Shown in pieces: positions 63,163 to 64,000 of a DNA stretch of 64,000 nucleotides. Source of the DNA: Botryllus schlosseri. Lineage: Eukaryota. The stretch spans positions 39,868,001 to 39,932,000 of the forward strand of contig CM119372.1 in NCBI GenBank assembly GCA_051294905.1, read 5' to 3'. A program made the position numbers and the translations under genes. The notes under the pieces are model-generated. The model saw only the letters and a program-made list of their open reading frames with translations, did not search any database and had not been told where the DNA came from. The first letter of the stretch is position 1; every line of letters starts with the position of its first letter.

Positions 63163-64000
63163 TTTCTACATGTAATGTAGCCTATAGCCTAACGTCCAAT
63201 GCCTATTGTACCAACAAGATACTTTGGTTATTTGAGCTTAGAGAATGATTGTTATTATCACTCACATCGAAATAATGGCAGTTTTCTGTTTCATTAATCG
63301 AATACTCTGCATATATCCTCAATGCCTCAGCTACATATAGCCCAGTAGGCTTATCTTATCATTCAAAGATGCTCTTTCCAACTACTGCACTTGAATAGAT
63401 ATTAATCATATTCTAATCTAGTGATGCTAATTTGAAAATTGTCTCCTTAATTAAGGACAGGTAGCATTTGGGATGACATAGTCCATATGTGTTTTGTGAC
63501 AAAATAATGTTCGCTATTGTTTTTCAAGTTATATTTACGCAATTTTATGGCCTTGTCCCTAGCACTGCAGTATTTGTGAAATTTTGTCAACTAGATAGGT
63601 TGCTGGTGCCGTTGTTTGTTGATATAAAATGTTCTTGTCATCTTGTGCACCAAGTCATAGCTACTGAATCATTGCCTTATTCACGATGTAGTCTGCATGA
63701 TGCAAATACCTCTGCTGTGCAAACAGCTACTCTATAGGTTGATATCCAAACATCTGTTATATAATCTTTATGGCACTGTCGGTCATTTTTTGTTGCTTCT
63801 GAAGTTTGTAGCTACATTTTGTGATGTTGTCTGGACATATGGTGACATATTTTGTTGACATTTCCAATGGTGTGTATTCTATCATAATGCTTGTAATCTG
63901 CTTCAGAATGCATTTCATGCATCTCTGTCGGGTTGGTGACTATTTGCTTGATTTCACACCAGATTAGATCAAACCTTAGGACTATAGTATTATACATACT

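Noticed and set aside
63785..63850. Next LIS1 exon after tttgtag
   Set aside because: The translation (ATFCDVVW) does not match the expected ASCSADMTIKLWD, so the exon lies beyond the window.
170..64000. Remaining 60-136 aa ORFs in the track
   Set aside because: They are mostly non-ATG starts, lie in repeats or antisense to real exons, and show no recognisable domains.

Overview
This is AT-rich, repeat-dense animal genomic DNA, probably from an invertebrate chordate such as a tunicate (inference only). It holds three spliced genes on the + strand: the last two coding exons of a Wnt10-like gene (1357-5156), a complete 8-exon PA2G4/Ebp1 gene (27365-36990, 389 aa) and the first five coding exons of PAFAH1B1/LIS1 (54800-60961, continuing past the window). 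The standout structure is a 12,995-bp giant palindrome at 12095-25089. It has two near-identical 6,050-bp inverted arms around an 895-bp unique spacer, AGTAGT...ACTACT termini and a perfect 6-bp target-site duplication (TSD), CACCAC. Those ends match Polinton/Maverick elements, but I recognise no pPolB, integrase or capsid ORF, so it looks like a non-autonomous fold-back derivative. It carries a phased subterminal palindrome array, a 41-bp minisatellite and a palindromic inner junction. The rest of the non-coding DNA is mostly hAT-type MITEs with 8-bp TSDs, nested up to four levels deep, plus piggyBac-like and Chapaev3-like MITEs and tRNA-derived or retroposon fragments.
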